From contig CAVUHW010000026.1 in NCBI GenBank assembly GCA_963741205.1, forward strand, positions 160,001 through 224,000: DNA of 64,000 bases, written 5' to 3'. A program made the position numbers and the translations under genes. Position 1 is the first letter of the stretch, and the number at the start of each line of letters is the position of its first letter. This document shows positions 47,414-57,760 of the stretch, piece after piece. The notes below the pieces were generated by a model. It was not told where the DNA came from, searched no databases, and saw nothing but the letters and a program-made list of their open reading frames with translations. The DNA comes from Nitrospirota bacterium (GTDB taxonomy: Bacteria > Nitrospirota > UBA9217).

Positions 47414-48159
47414 ATGAGAGGGAAACCTGCTTATGCGCTTTTTCTTCTGCCTGTCTTCTTTATACTGTTCTTCTCCTGCCTTTCCTCGTTCTCTTTTCTC
47501 GGCCGAGAATGTAAATTGTCTCAAGTGTCACCGGAAGCTGACAAAGGGAAAGTTTGTGCATCAAGCCCTTGTCCATGGGGTGTCCTGCCTGTCACTCGGG
47601 GATCAATGGCAGGACCGTGCCGCACAAGAAAACGAATGCCCTGGCAAAAGGGCTCTCTTCGGAGCAGCCTGATTTATGCTACGGCTGCCACGATCAGGGG
47701 ATGTTTACCAGGAGCAATGTCCATCCGGCAGTCGGCATGGGCTGCACCGGTTGCCATTTCCCGCATTCGTCGAAAAACGCGAAATTGCTGACATCAAAGC
47801 CCCCTGCTTTGTGCTTTACCTGCCACGACAAGGCAGGCTTTACAAAAAAGGACGTTCATGCGCCCGTTGCTTCCGGCGACTGCACGACCTGCCACGACCC
47901 CCACTCAGCGAAGGAGATGGCGCTGCTCGTGAACAAACCCGTCGAGGTCTGCCTTATGTGCCATGGCAACATCACGCACTGGCCGCACTTCTCCACGGGG
48001 AATGCCCCGCCGCCGGAGCGGCAAGACCCCCTGCGACCGGGCAAACCTTTTTACTGCGGAAGCTGCCACAACCCCCATAGCAGCGACAGTCCCCTGCTGT
48101 TTAATTTTAACGCCCGGACTACGAAGGAACTCTGCCTTAACTGCCACATGCGGAATTAG
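47414..48159 (+). CDS. Periplasmic multiheme c-type cytochrome (9 CxxCH once frameshifts are joined)
   Basis: CLKCH, CPACH, CYGCH, CTGCH, CFTCH, CTTCH, CLMCH, CGSCH, CLNCH; VH.P...C..CH.PH.S repeats; signal peptide. Confidence 0.9.
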
Positions 48160-48303
48160 CAGCAACCCGCTTGCCGATAGGTTCAAGGATGCGAGTCAAT
48201 CCCGGCAAAACCGCGGAGTGCAGCTTCCGCCGTCAAGCTCCTGGCTGTCCCGGCGCCCTAATCATGCGGTAAATGATGGTTATTCCAACATTAAATGCCC
48301 CCC

Positions 48304-48332
48304 TTGACAAAATACAGGATTAGTTCTATCCT
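48304..48332 (+). promoter_or_regulatory. sigma70 promoter
   Basis: TTGACA-17 bp-TATCCT. Confidence 0.6.
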
Positions 48333-48401
48333 TTTTTTAGAGGGTAAGTAATGCTTTTTACCCATGCAAGTTAAGAAGCAACCGGAAAGGAAGTGGCGAC
48401 A

Positions 48402-48753
48402 ATGAAACGATATAAGAAACTTCTCATGATCTGGACCATGGTGCTGCTCGGCGCGGCTGTGTTCATGAGCAGTGATGCAAGTGCGGTTATCATTGGAACG
48501 GCGCCCGCGGCCGTAGTCGGCAACCCATTCATCGGTCCTGTGCTGCCGAGCGGCATAGTGCGACCGCCAATTGGACTGACCTGCCGGGTTGGTGAGACCA
48601 CCCATCGGATTCCCTCCGGGGTTAGTGAGACCACCTTTCTTCAACCCCTTCCTGATTCGCCCGTTTTTTAACCCCTTCTTCAACCCCTTCATCGACATAG
48701 ATGCCGTGGGCCTTCCGCTGGGGTTGGGTGTGAATCCGGGCTTAGCTGATTAG
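48402..48753 (+). CDS. Small secreted Pro/Phe/Gly-rich repeat protein (frameshifts)
   Basis: Signal peptide ending DASA; VRPPIG and PFFNPF repeats when frames are joined; own promoter and RBS. Confidence 0.65.
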
Positions 48754-48922
48754 AATGCGGAAAATACACATGATCAAGATCGAGGCCACGAGAAGACAGG
48801 CGCGGCCATGATAAAGATAGCAAGAGTCAGGGCGAAATGCCCTGACTCTTTTTTTAGTTCATTCGGTGTTTGCTCCCTTGAGTGGATAAATAATCGGGTA
48901 TTCAGACAACAAAGGAGGTTGT

Positions 48923-49375
48923 ATGAAATTATCGCCAATCCTGCTCTTAATTTATGCAATCACGGCGCTCGTGGTGCACGGCGCGGTCCAGGCAGGGACA
49001 CGGCAGGAAGAAAACAAGAAGACCGTGGCCGAATTCTACGAAAAGGCCATCAACCAGAAGGACTTTGAGGCCGCCTCGAAGTACCTCGGTCCGCGCTACG
49101 TTCAGCACAACCAGCGTGCAGCCGACGGGGCGCAGGGATTGAAGGACTTCCTCCGGATCCTGCGCGAGAAGCACCCGAAAGCCCACAGCGAAATCAAACG
49201 GGTATTCGCGGACGGGGACTTCGTGGTCCTGCACGTGCACGCGGTCCGGGAACCCGGTACGCGGGGCATGGCAATCGTCGATATCTTCCGCTTGGAGAAT
49301 GGCAGGATCGCGGAGCACTGGGACGTGCACGAGGACATCATCGAGAACCCGGCGAATGCGAACGGGATGTTTTAG
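48923..49375 (+). CDS. SnoaL-like / NTF2-fold secreted protein
   Basis: YVQHN...DG, ADGDFVVLH, DIFRLENGRIAEHWD. Confidence 0.9.
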   Translation: MKLSPILLLIYAITALVVHGAVQAGTRQEENKKTVAEFYEKAINQKDFEAASKYLGPRYVQHNQRAADGAQGLKDFLRILREKHPKAHSEIKRVFADGDFVVLHVHAVREPGTRGMAIVDIFRLENGRIAEHWDVHEDIIENPANANGMF

Positions 49376-49462
49376 GTAGGAGACGTTTCCGGGAACAAGT
49401 TTTAGAAATGAACCTTTCGGGGATGCGACGACGGATTCAGAGGAAATGAATCCTGAGTGGTT

Positions 49463-49753
49463 CTAAAGATTCGTCCTGTTCGTTTTCCTGCATTCACCGG
49501 AGAAGGTAAGATTCAGGCAACGGCCAAGCTTCTGTACGTCATCGAAGATACATTGGTCCGCCGATTCGAGCAGCTCCAGATGTTCAAGTTCTACTCCTGC
49601 TCTTCGCGCCACGTCCTCATTCGTAAGACCCCGCTCCCTTATCGTACTGATGATCATCACCGTCTTCGGGCATATGGTGCACTGTTCGCGATACTGATCA
49701 AGGAACCCCGGATCAGAGCATTTTTCCTTCAGGTAAGCTCTAAAACTCCACAT
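49463..49753 (-). CDS. XRE-family HTH antitoxin (HigA-like), Cys-rich
   Basis: F..YL.EK..DP.F...Y N-terminus; RERGLTNEDVARRAG HTH; overlaps the toxin stop. Confidence 0.75.
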   Translation of the reverse strand: MWSFRAYLKEKCSDPGFLDQYREQCTICPKTVMIISTIRERGLTNEDVARRAGVELEHLELLESADQCIFDDVQKLGRCLNLTFSGECRKTNRTNL

Positions 49754-50129
49754 CAGCGAGCCTCCTGAGAGCGTTGTGGTCCATGCGGCTCAGGAACATT
49801 TCCCGATAGCGCCTCGTCTCGCTGATGTATTCATCGGGAACTTTACTGGTGTTCTTTCGCAGCGCCCGGTAAACAATGATGTAGGTCTCGAAACAAAAGA
49901 AATAAAGCAGCCGCATGTGGTCCCCGGACAGCCTGACGCGCAGCTCGTGTATGCCGTCCTCCAGCAGGTCGGCATAGGGACGCGGCAGCGTCGGGCCCAT
50001 TTCCTCGAGCAGTTCGAGGAAGTGCAGTACCTTCACCTGGTGCTCGGGTCTGCAGGCGTCGAGGAACTCGGAAACCGGACAAGGTTTCATAAAGGGATCG
50101 CAAAAAAGGATGTTCCACTTCTTGTTCAT
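49740..50129 (-). CDS. Type II toxin, RelE/ParE superfamily (Gp49/DUF891, HigB-like)
   Basis: PVSEFLD, LEEMGP.L.RPY.D.L.DGIHELRV, R.LYFF, F/L.K.T.KVP. Confidence 0.88.
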   Translation of the reverse strand: MNKKWNILFCDPFMKPCPVSEFLDACRPEHQVKVLHFLELLEEMGPTLPRPYADLLEDGIHELRVRLSGDHMRLLYFFCFETYIIVYRALRKNTSKVPDEYISETRRYREMFLSRMDHNALRRLADVEF

Positions 50130-50374
50130 AGGGCTATTCTCACCCTGTTGCGGGCGGCAATGCAGGATTGAACTGGATAATGCTGAAATGTGTTGTGCGT
50201 GACATGAGTAGGTGCGTTATCATTCGAAAAAATAGCTGTCAATGAAATGAGTGCCCTCTGATCTTCCCTCATAATTGACGGCACGCAGCGCCGGCCAGAA
50301 TCGAGAGCAGCACATCTTTTTGCGGAACATCGATAATTTTGTAATCTGACTTGCATTCCCTTCAATGTATTCCC

Positions 50375-50714
50375 TCACGGTGGCGCTCCCTTTTTTATTT
50401 CTTCACGGGTTATAAAATCAACGGGTACCCGTGTCTCTACCCACTTGGTGCACTCTACCTCCCAAAGTTGCGTGCATCTGCGAAAACAATCATTTTCCCA
50501 GCCGGCTTCACACCTTTATCAAACGGCCGTCATTTCGGCAACCACACTTGGAACCGCATAGTTCCGTCGTTGTTTCGATAAGGTACTTATTATCAGGGCT
50601 TTCGTCGCCTGATCCCTGGTGCGTCCAGCTTTCACATTGCGACATAAGAACGGTCGTAGCGCATCCGGAAACAGTCGCTAATAGCAAGGCGATTATCATT
50701 ATCACTCTTCCCAC
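50375..50714 (-). CDS. Small Cys-rich lipoprotein (one frameshift near 50510)
   Basis: Lipobox VSGC. Second frame continues CEAGWENDCFRRCTQLWEVECTKWVETRVPVDFITREEIKKGAPP-stop. Confidence 0.55.
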
Positions 50715-50777
50715 TTCACATTTTCCGCCGGGCGATTTGTCTATTTCACCCTTTTCACTTCGAGTTTTTAACTTGCA

Positions 50778-51443
50778 CTAAATCCCCATGAATGTGATCG
50801 CTTCCTTAACACTCCGCCGCGTGGTTCGATACTGGTTCTGCGGATGTTGGGCATCCGCGTACCCGAGCGCTATCCCGATGATGATCGAAAGGTCATCCGG
50901 TATCTTCAGTTCCTTCCGAATGAGGTCGGGATGAGCGGCAAGGGTCACTGCCACGGCCGAATCGAGGCCGAAGTTACGCGCTGCCAGCATGAGGCTCTGG
51001 GAAAAAAGGCCGAGGTCGTAGATCGACCAGGGGGTAAGCGTCTTGTCCATGCAGATATACGCGACCACCGGCGCGTGAAAGAAATGATAATTCATTTCCG
51101 CAAGGTCCTTGAGCTCGGATTTGTCCAGGCAGACCCGCTCGAGGGTCGCCGTTCGTTCGGACCGCAGACACTCCATCCGTTTCCGGCACTCGGGCGGCCA
51201 ATCCTTCGGCACGGCAAGGTCGGGGTTTCGCGCCACGCAGTTTTTCAGGTTCGTAACATAGGCCTCGCGCAGCCTGTTCAGGACCTCGCCTCCGGCCACA
51301 TAGATCTCCCACGGCTGGGTATTGGCCCACGAAGGCGCCCTGAGCGCCGCCTCCATGATCTTTTCGATTGTGCTGCGGTCGACGGGATCAGACTTAAAAG
51401 CGCGGACCGTAAACCGTGTGTTCAACGCATCAATGACATCCAT
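50778..51443 (-). CDS. Nitroreductase family protein
   Basis: R.TVRAF, APSWANTQPW, DLGLFSQSLMLAA, GIALGY; GGAGG RBS. Confidence 0.92.
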   Translation of the reverse strand: MDVIDALNTRFTVRAFKSDPVDRSTIEKIMEAALRAPSWANTQPWEIYVAGGEVLNRLREAYVTNLKNCVARNPDLAVPKDWPPECRKRMECLRSERTATLERVCLDKSELKDLAEMNYHFFHAPVVAYICMDKTLTPWSIYDLGLFSQSLMLAARNFGLDSAVAVTLAAHPDLIRKELKIPDDLSIIIGIALGYADAQHPQNQYRTTRRSVKEAITFMGI

Positions 51444-51665
51444 GAAGTCCTCCGGTATTGAAGTTTGAAGAGGGAAGTTAGAAAACCTCATATCCATTGT
51501 AAGAGACTTCCAGAAAAAAGTCCATCATGTTTCGCCACGAAAATCGCCGTCTTCGCCGTATTGCCAGGGCGGACTATTGTCTCGTTCATCTGATCAGTCG
51601 TGGTTCCATGACCTGTCGGCGCATAAGAGTATGCGTTTCGCGGCATACGCTCAACAACTCTGAGT

Positions 51666-52477
51666 TTATCCTTCCTTATCGAATACATTTCCCAATTCGA
51701 TTTCACTTGCCAGTTCCGCAGCCAGTAGCCGGATATCGGAAGCGGTGCGATATCTTCGTTGAGCAGGTCCTTCCATTGGCCGTCGGCGGGAAAAGGCACA
51801 TCGACCATCTGATCTTCCTGAGAAAAGTTAATAACGCAGATCGAAACGCTGGAGAATGCCGTGGTCATCCCCCCACCGATGGAAAATGACGACCTGCCTC
51901 CGGAGATCGACGCCGTAGCCCTGGGGGTAGAACTGCGTTTGCCACTGTTCTCAGTTGCCTGGATAGAAATTGTCGCTTCGCAGGCCTGCATAGAGTTCCG
52001 AAGCGCGATCAGTTTGCTGTAGACCGCGAAGAGCGCAGAGCCAATGCTGTCTTCAAGAAAACCCCAGCGAAGGGGTCGGGATTTGACGCGCCGCCCCGTT
52101 CCCTTGTCGTCCTGGGGCAGCCAATGGTCTTCGGCGAATTCCTGCCCGTTTTGTATCATGGGCGTCCCGGGAGTTGTAAGCAGCGCTATTGCATCGGGCT
52201 GTGTCCGATACCACTTCATGGAACCCTGATTGTCGTTTGCACCGACTTGCCAGGTCACGTGAGAATGGTCGTGGTTGCTGAGATACGTGGTCGCCACCTT
52301 GTCCGGATTCAGCCATGCATGGGCGTTCAAATCCGGCACAATCGTCGAATAAAGGCATTCCTTCCAGAGGCAGTCGAAACATCGCTGGTACAGGGAATCT
52401 CGCCAGTAACTCGTGGCGCAGATATCATTTACAACCCTCGCGGCGTTCAGGTCGATATGTTCTATGGTGACCGGCAC
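51666..52477 (-). pseudogene. C-terminal fragment of a GH13 alpha-amylase / branching-enzyme-like gene
   Basis: YLSNHDH, TPGTPMI.NGQEF, RPLRW, KLIALR, NFS..DQ.V.VPFP.DG.W.DLL. No N-terminal catalytic half upstream; AT-rich DNA lies there instead. Confidence 0.7.
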
Positions 52478-52760
52478 GCTGGAAAGAGTCGGTATCCTCC
52501 CCGTGTGATGGTGGTCATGGACAATTCATTTCATGAATATGAACCGCATAACCTTATAGAGGATAATTGAAAAAAACCAAAGTTCAATAGGGAATTCCCT
52601 GAATTTAGCTTCGATTTTCCTGATAACATAAAGTTGCAATATAATCTGCACGAGTTTTTGAACGTATAAGTCAAAATAGCCGGTCTATAATGAACTTTTA
52701 TTATCCAATTATCCATACTATGTCAGACTTAAGTCCTTTATTTTCATTACTCTATAATTG

Positions 52761-52776
52761 TGGCAATACCTTTGCA
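52761..52776 (+). promoter_or_regulatory. sigma54 (-24/-12) promoter
   Basis: TGGCAATACCTTTGCA has exact GG-N10-GC spacing. IHF-like site TAAGTCCTTTATT at 52730-52742, in an AT-rich upstream region. Confidence 0.7.
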
Positions 52777-52889
52777 TTATAAATAGTGGCATAGATGTTA
52801 TAGCCTTTATGTACGATACTTTAATACTTTAGGCATAGCTAATGTCGAAGAAAAGAGGTACTAAAAAAGAAGAAAAGAGGGCCTAAAAA

Positions 52890-53217
52890 ATGAAGATCAT
52901 AATTCAAACAATTATGGGGCTTGCCTTGCTGGCCTTGGGTTTCGCAATCGGTTCCCATCGGGAAAAGCGTGGGCTTCAATACTGGCAGCGAGTGGGCAAT
53001 AATACAGGCGGAAATCGTGGCGAGAGAAGCGGGACAGTTCATGCCCGTTCATTTGGAAGACGGAGCGTTTCGCGTGAAATTAAAACAGCCGGGAGACCTG
53101 CACCAACGGGCATGGAAAATCGCGGACAAACATTTCGAAGAGCTGGCAATCGGGGCAAACTGCGACAGGAGATCTGATCGAAGGCGCAAGTGGCGCGAAA
53201 CACATTTTACCCAGTAG
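52890..53217 (+). CDS. Hypothetical membrane-anchored protein (frameshift near 52960)
   Basis: N-terminal TM helix; continues GKSVGFNTGSEWAIIQAEIVAREAG in the adjacent frame. Confidence 0.65.
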
Positions 53218-53326
53218 GGGAACCAAACTTAGCCTTCTGGGTGAAGTTTTAAACAAACATAGTACTTGATTTAATCTGCGAAAGTCGGAGTCCATCCGCT
53301 TCCAACTGATTTTTTGGTAATTCGGG

Positions 53327-55859
53327 TCATTTTCCGCGCGGCTTCGCGCGTCGCGTGGGTACGGCGTTCCAGGGATCGTCGGGCCAGGGATGTTTCGGGT
53401 AGCGGCCTTTCAGGTCTTTCTTCACCTGCTGATAGGCGCCGTTCCAGAACCCCTTCAGGTCCTGCGTGATCTGGACCGGCCTGCGGGCGGGCGAGAGCAG
53501 GTGGAGCAGGACCTTGACCCTTCCGGCGGCTATCTCCGGCGTATCGGCAAGCCCGAACATCTCCTGGAGCTTCACGGCAAGCACGGGCTGGCCGCCGGAA
53601 CCATAATCAAGCGTCACGCGGCTTCCGCTCGGAACGGGAATGGACACGGGGGCCCGCTCATCCAGCATCCGCGCCTGTTCCCAGGTAAGCTTCGCCTTGA
53701 GCGCAGGCAGAACATTCAATCCGCTCAAGGCCTGAGCGCTTCGAATCCCGCCGAGCCACGGCAGCAGCCACTCCTCCGGTCTTGCAAAAAGCCGTTCATC
53801 GGAAAGGTCGGGCCACGATTCTTCAGGGAAAACCCTGCGCATGAGCTCTACCCGCGCCTGGAACTGCCGGGCTTCCCTGCTGAAGGTGAGGATCGAGGGG
53901 GTCGACCGGATCACGTCCACCAGAATGGGCGCGGCCTCCTCGTCAGTGGGAATGAAACGGCCTTTTCGAGAGCAGCAGGGCCCCAAGCCTCTCTTCAACG
54001 GCGGAAGCTGATCCTGTTTTCCTTCCGGTCCCATTCCACCCTCCGCACCGTCTCGATGCGCTGCCCGCATTCGTCGCGTACAAGTTCCTCCGTCACCGGC
54101 GCCGCGATATGGACAAAACCTTCCGACTTCTCGCCTGCGTCGACGGTAACGGCGATGATATACGGGCTGTTGCCCAGGTGGCTGTCCGGGGAAAGACGGA
54201 CACCCCTTCCCTGCATATGGACAAAACGTCCGCCGCCTTCTTCACGCCGCTTGCAAATTCTGTCCGGAAAAGCTGAGAGCAGGAGCCGCGGAGACGCATC
54301 GTGGTCTACGGCTTCGTCCTCGCCTCCGCGCAGCCCTTCGGGCATCAGGCGCAGAAGCTGCCTTGCAGTCCGTTCCACTGCCCGGAGCGCCGACGGATCC
54401 GTCGCCCTGCCCCATTCTTTTCCCTCGCGCTTTCTGCGGAGCGCTTCAACCCGTTCCGTAACATCGGGTTCTTCAATCATACGCTCGGCAGTGCCGCGCC
54501 GGAAGATGTCCCGCTCCGTCAAGAGCGCGGCAAGGTCCGCGCCGAGTCGCACACAGCCCAGTTCCTGCGCTCGTATCATGAGGCGGCCGAGACGGGGATG
54601 GACCGGAAGACGGGCCATCGCCCTGCCGACAGGGGTGATGGAACCCGTCCGATCGACGGCGCCAAGATCGGCGAGGAGCCGCAGGCCGGCGTCCCATGCC
54701 GCCTGCGGCGGCTCGTCAAGCCACGAAAGGGTTCGCGGGTCCTTCACCCCCCAGAGGGCGAGTTCGAGCGCGAGTTGGGAAAGATCGGAAACCAGGATCT
54801 CAGGCTGGGTGAAGGGCGGCATACCGGAAAGCTCATGGCTGCTGTAGAGACGATAGCAGACGCCGGGTCCGAGCCTTCCCGCCCTGCCTTTGCGCTGCTC
54901 CGCCGATGCCCGGGAAACGGGGACGGTCACCAGCCGGTTCATGCCCGTTGCGGGATCGTAGCGGAGCATGCGCGTGAGACCGCTGTCGATGACGACCTGC
55001 ACGCCTTCGATGGTCAGGCTCGTCTCGGCGATGTTCGTGGCGAGCACGATCTTACGCCTGTCCCGCGACGGGAGGATGGCGCGCTCCTGCTCCTCGAACG
55101 GCAGGTCGCCGTAAAGCGCGTGAAGGGAGAGGCGTTCATCGGCAAGGTCCAGCGTCTCGTTCAGTTCCTTCACGCAGGCCCGGATCTCCCCGGACCCCGG
55201 AAGGAACACGAGGAGGTCACCCGAAGTCTCCCTGAGCGCCGTTCTGACAGCGCGCGCGATTCGCGCGGGCAGAGGGCCCGGCGAGTCCGGGAGGTAGCGT
55301 TCTTCCACGGGAAAGGCCTTTCCCGCGGAGGCGATAATCGGCGCGCCGCCCAGGAGCGCCTGGATCGGGCCGGCAGTCCAGCGTGGCGGACATGACGAGG
55401 ATCTTCAGGTCAGGCCGGAGTCCCTTGCGGACATCGAGGCAGAGCGCCAGCGCCAGGTCCGCATGGATGCTCCGCTCATGGAATTCGTCGAAGATGACCA
55501 TGGCCGTGTCCTCGAGGGCGGGGTCGGCCTGGAGCCTGCGGGTGAGGATGCCCTCGGTGACGACCTCGATGCGCGTCCTTTGCGGATTTCTTCGTGTCAA
55601 AGCGAATGGCGTAGCCCACGGTTTCACCCGCCTCTTCGCCGAGCGATTTTGCCATCCAGCGCGCGGCGGAAACCGCGGCGATCCTTCTCGGCTCGAGCAT
55701 GACGATGCGGCCTTGTTCAGGCGGAATGATATCGAGCAGGGCGACGGGACACGGGTCGTCTTCCCCGCCCCGGGCGGGGCGCTTAAAATGACGGAAGGGT
55801 TCTGCTCGTATCGCTGTTATGAGTTTCGGAAGAACGTTGTCGATGGGATAGGAGGTCAC
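53327..55859 (-). CDS. hrpB: ATP-dependent helicase HrpB (multiple frameshifts)
   Basis: LEPRRIAA, VVTEGIL, DEFHERS, MSAT, ATNIAETSLTI, QRKGRAGR; C-terminal LLSPARRPVQITQDL.GFW...GRYPKH.WP. Confidence 0.95.
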
Positions 55860-56085
55860 GGGAATTTACAATTGAGAGAAACTGTACACACAACATCGGC
55901 AAGGGCAGCGATGCTTATGTCGAATAAGAACCCGGCAGCGGCAACGGAGATGAAGCCCGTATCGTTCAGGCGTCAAGCGGTTACGTTCTATTACGAACGA
56001 CATAACCTTCACGTACGAAACGGGATCGTTACCGTAACCGCCTGCCGAAATTATAAAGAACGGCTCCGTACTTCTCGCCTAGTCT

Positions 56086-57601
56086 TCAGCTACGCCCCCA
56101 TGCCCGGAGCTTCTCATGGCGCTTGAAAACCTTGCGGAAATGGAACCCGTAGATCGAGAAGCGTGATGGCCATCGGCAGGAGACGCGGCCTGAACAGGAG
56201 CGACCAGAAGAAGAGCTTCCAGTACTGGTACCGCTCCCTGCCGATGATGCCGAGGCGCACCACGGATTTGACCGCGGCCTTCGTATGAGACTCCAACTGC
56301 AGGCGGGCTTTTCTCGCCTTCAGCGGGCCGGTACTCCCTGCAGGAACTCCCGCACCCGCGCGTAATAGTGTTTCGGGGAATAGATGGTGTTGAGGATCTT
56401 GCGGTAGCCGTTCATCAGCGTCTCGGGGTTCATCTTCGGTACGAAGTTGATCGAGAAGTCGGTGTTGTCGCCGGTGACGGACTTCACGAGCCTGCCTTCG
56501 CTCTTCAGCCGGTGATACAGCTTCGTACCCTGCGGCGCGTTCAGGAGCCCTACCATGGCGGTCGCGATCCCGCTCTCCTGGATGAAAGCGATGAGCCGTT
56601 CGAAGATCGATGCCGGGTCCTTGTCGAAGCCCACGATGAAGCCCGCCTGGACCTCGAGGCCGGCGCGCTGGATCTTCTTCACGCTCGCGATCAGGTCCCG
56701 GTTCCTGTTCTGGACCTTGCTGCACTCGGCGAGGCTCTCCTCGTTCGGCGTTTCGATGCCCACAAAGACCGTGTCGAACCCGGCGCGCGCCATGAGCCGC
56801 ATCAATTCCTCGTCGTCCGCCAGGTTGATGGACACCTCGGTCGAGAGGGTGAAGGGATGGTTCCGCTCTTCCATCCAGGCGATGATGGCCGGAAGCACGT
56901 CGTTCTTGAGCTTTCCCTTGTTCCCGATGAAGTTGTCATCGACGATGAACACGCCGCTCCTCCACCCCCGGCGGTAGAGGCTGTCGAATTCGGCAAGGAG
57001 CTGTTCGCGCGCTTTTCGTCCGGGGGACCCTGCCGAACAGCACGGTGATGTTGCAGAACTCGCAGTCAAAGGGGCAGCCCCGTGAATACTGGATGTTCAT
57101 GGAGGCGTACTTCTTCATGTTCAGCAGATCGAACCGCGGGACCGGGGTGGCGGAGAGGTCCGCCCAGTCGGGGAGAGGTGTAGACCCGCTGCGGCGCTGC
57201 CCTTTTTCAGGTCTTCGAGAAAGAGCGGCAGCGTGACCTCCGCTTCGTTCAGAATGAGATGGTCCACGTCGTCGAACTCCTCCGGCGTCGCCGTGAACAG
57301 GGGGCCGCCGGCGATCACTTTTACGCCGAGCGCCTTGCACCGGGAGATCACGGCCTGTGCCGACTCCTTCTGGATGGACATGGCGCTCAGAGAAAACGTA
57401 ATCGGCCCACCGGAGATCGGCGTCCGTCAGCTTCTTCACGCTCATGTCCGTGAGACGCAGTTCCCATTCCGGGGGAAGCATGGCCGCGACTGTCAGAAGC
57501 CCGAGCGGCGGAAGGCTTGATTTCTTCGAGATGAACTTCAGCGCGTACTTGAAGCTCCAAAAGGTATCGGGGTACTTGGGATAAACGAGCAGGATTTTCA
57601 T
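56086..57601 (-). CDS. B12-binding radical SAM protein with C-terminal DUF4070 (frameshifts)
   Basis: YP..PDTFWSF, PPLGLLTVAA, RGCPFDCEFC, VDDNFIGN, GFIVGFD. Joined frame ends ...FRKVFKRHEKLRAWGRS-stop. Confidence 0.9.
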
Positions 57602-57760
57602 AAAGGCTCCTCGGAAGAAAAAAGCGGGTTGTCCGGAATGCGCGATGAGAAATCACCTCTAGTATAGCAAAAAAGGTCCGGCCTTTTCCCGCACCATACG
57701 GGCACAGCCCGGGATGACGTCGCAGATCCGAAACGACGAACACCCTGCCGCGTTACTACG

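Noticed and set aside
56070-56100. Minus-strand GGGGGCGTAGCT resembling a tRNA or tmRNA 5' end
   Set aside because: It encodes the last codons of the radical SAM gene (WGRS-stop); no T-arm or acceptor stem follows.
56086-57601. Calling the radical SAM gene hpnP (hopanoid methylase)
   Set aside because: The family is broad and no hopanoid genes are in the window; phylogeny is needed.
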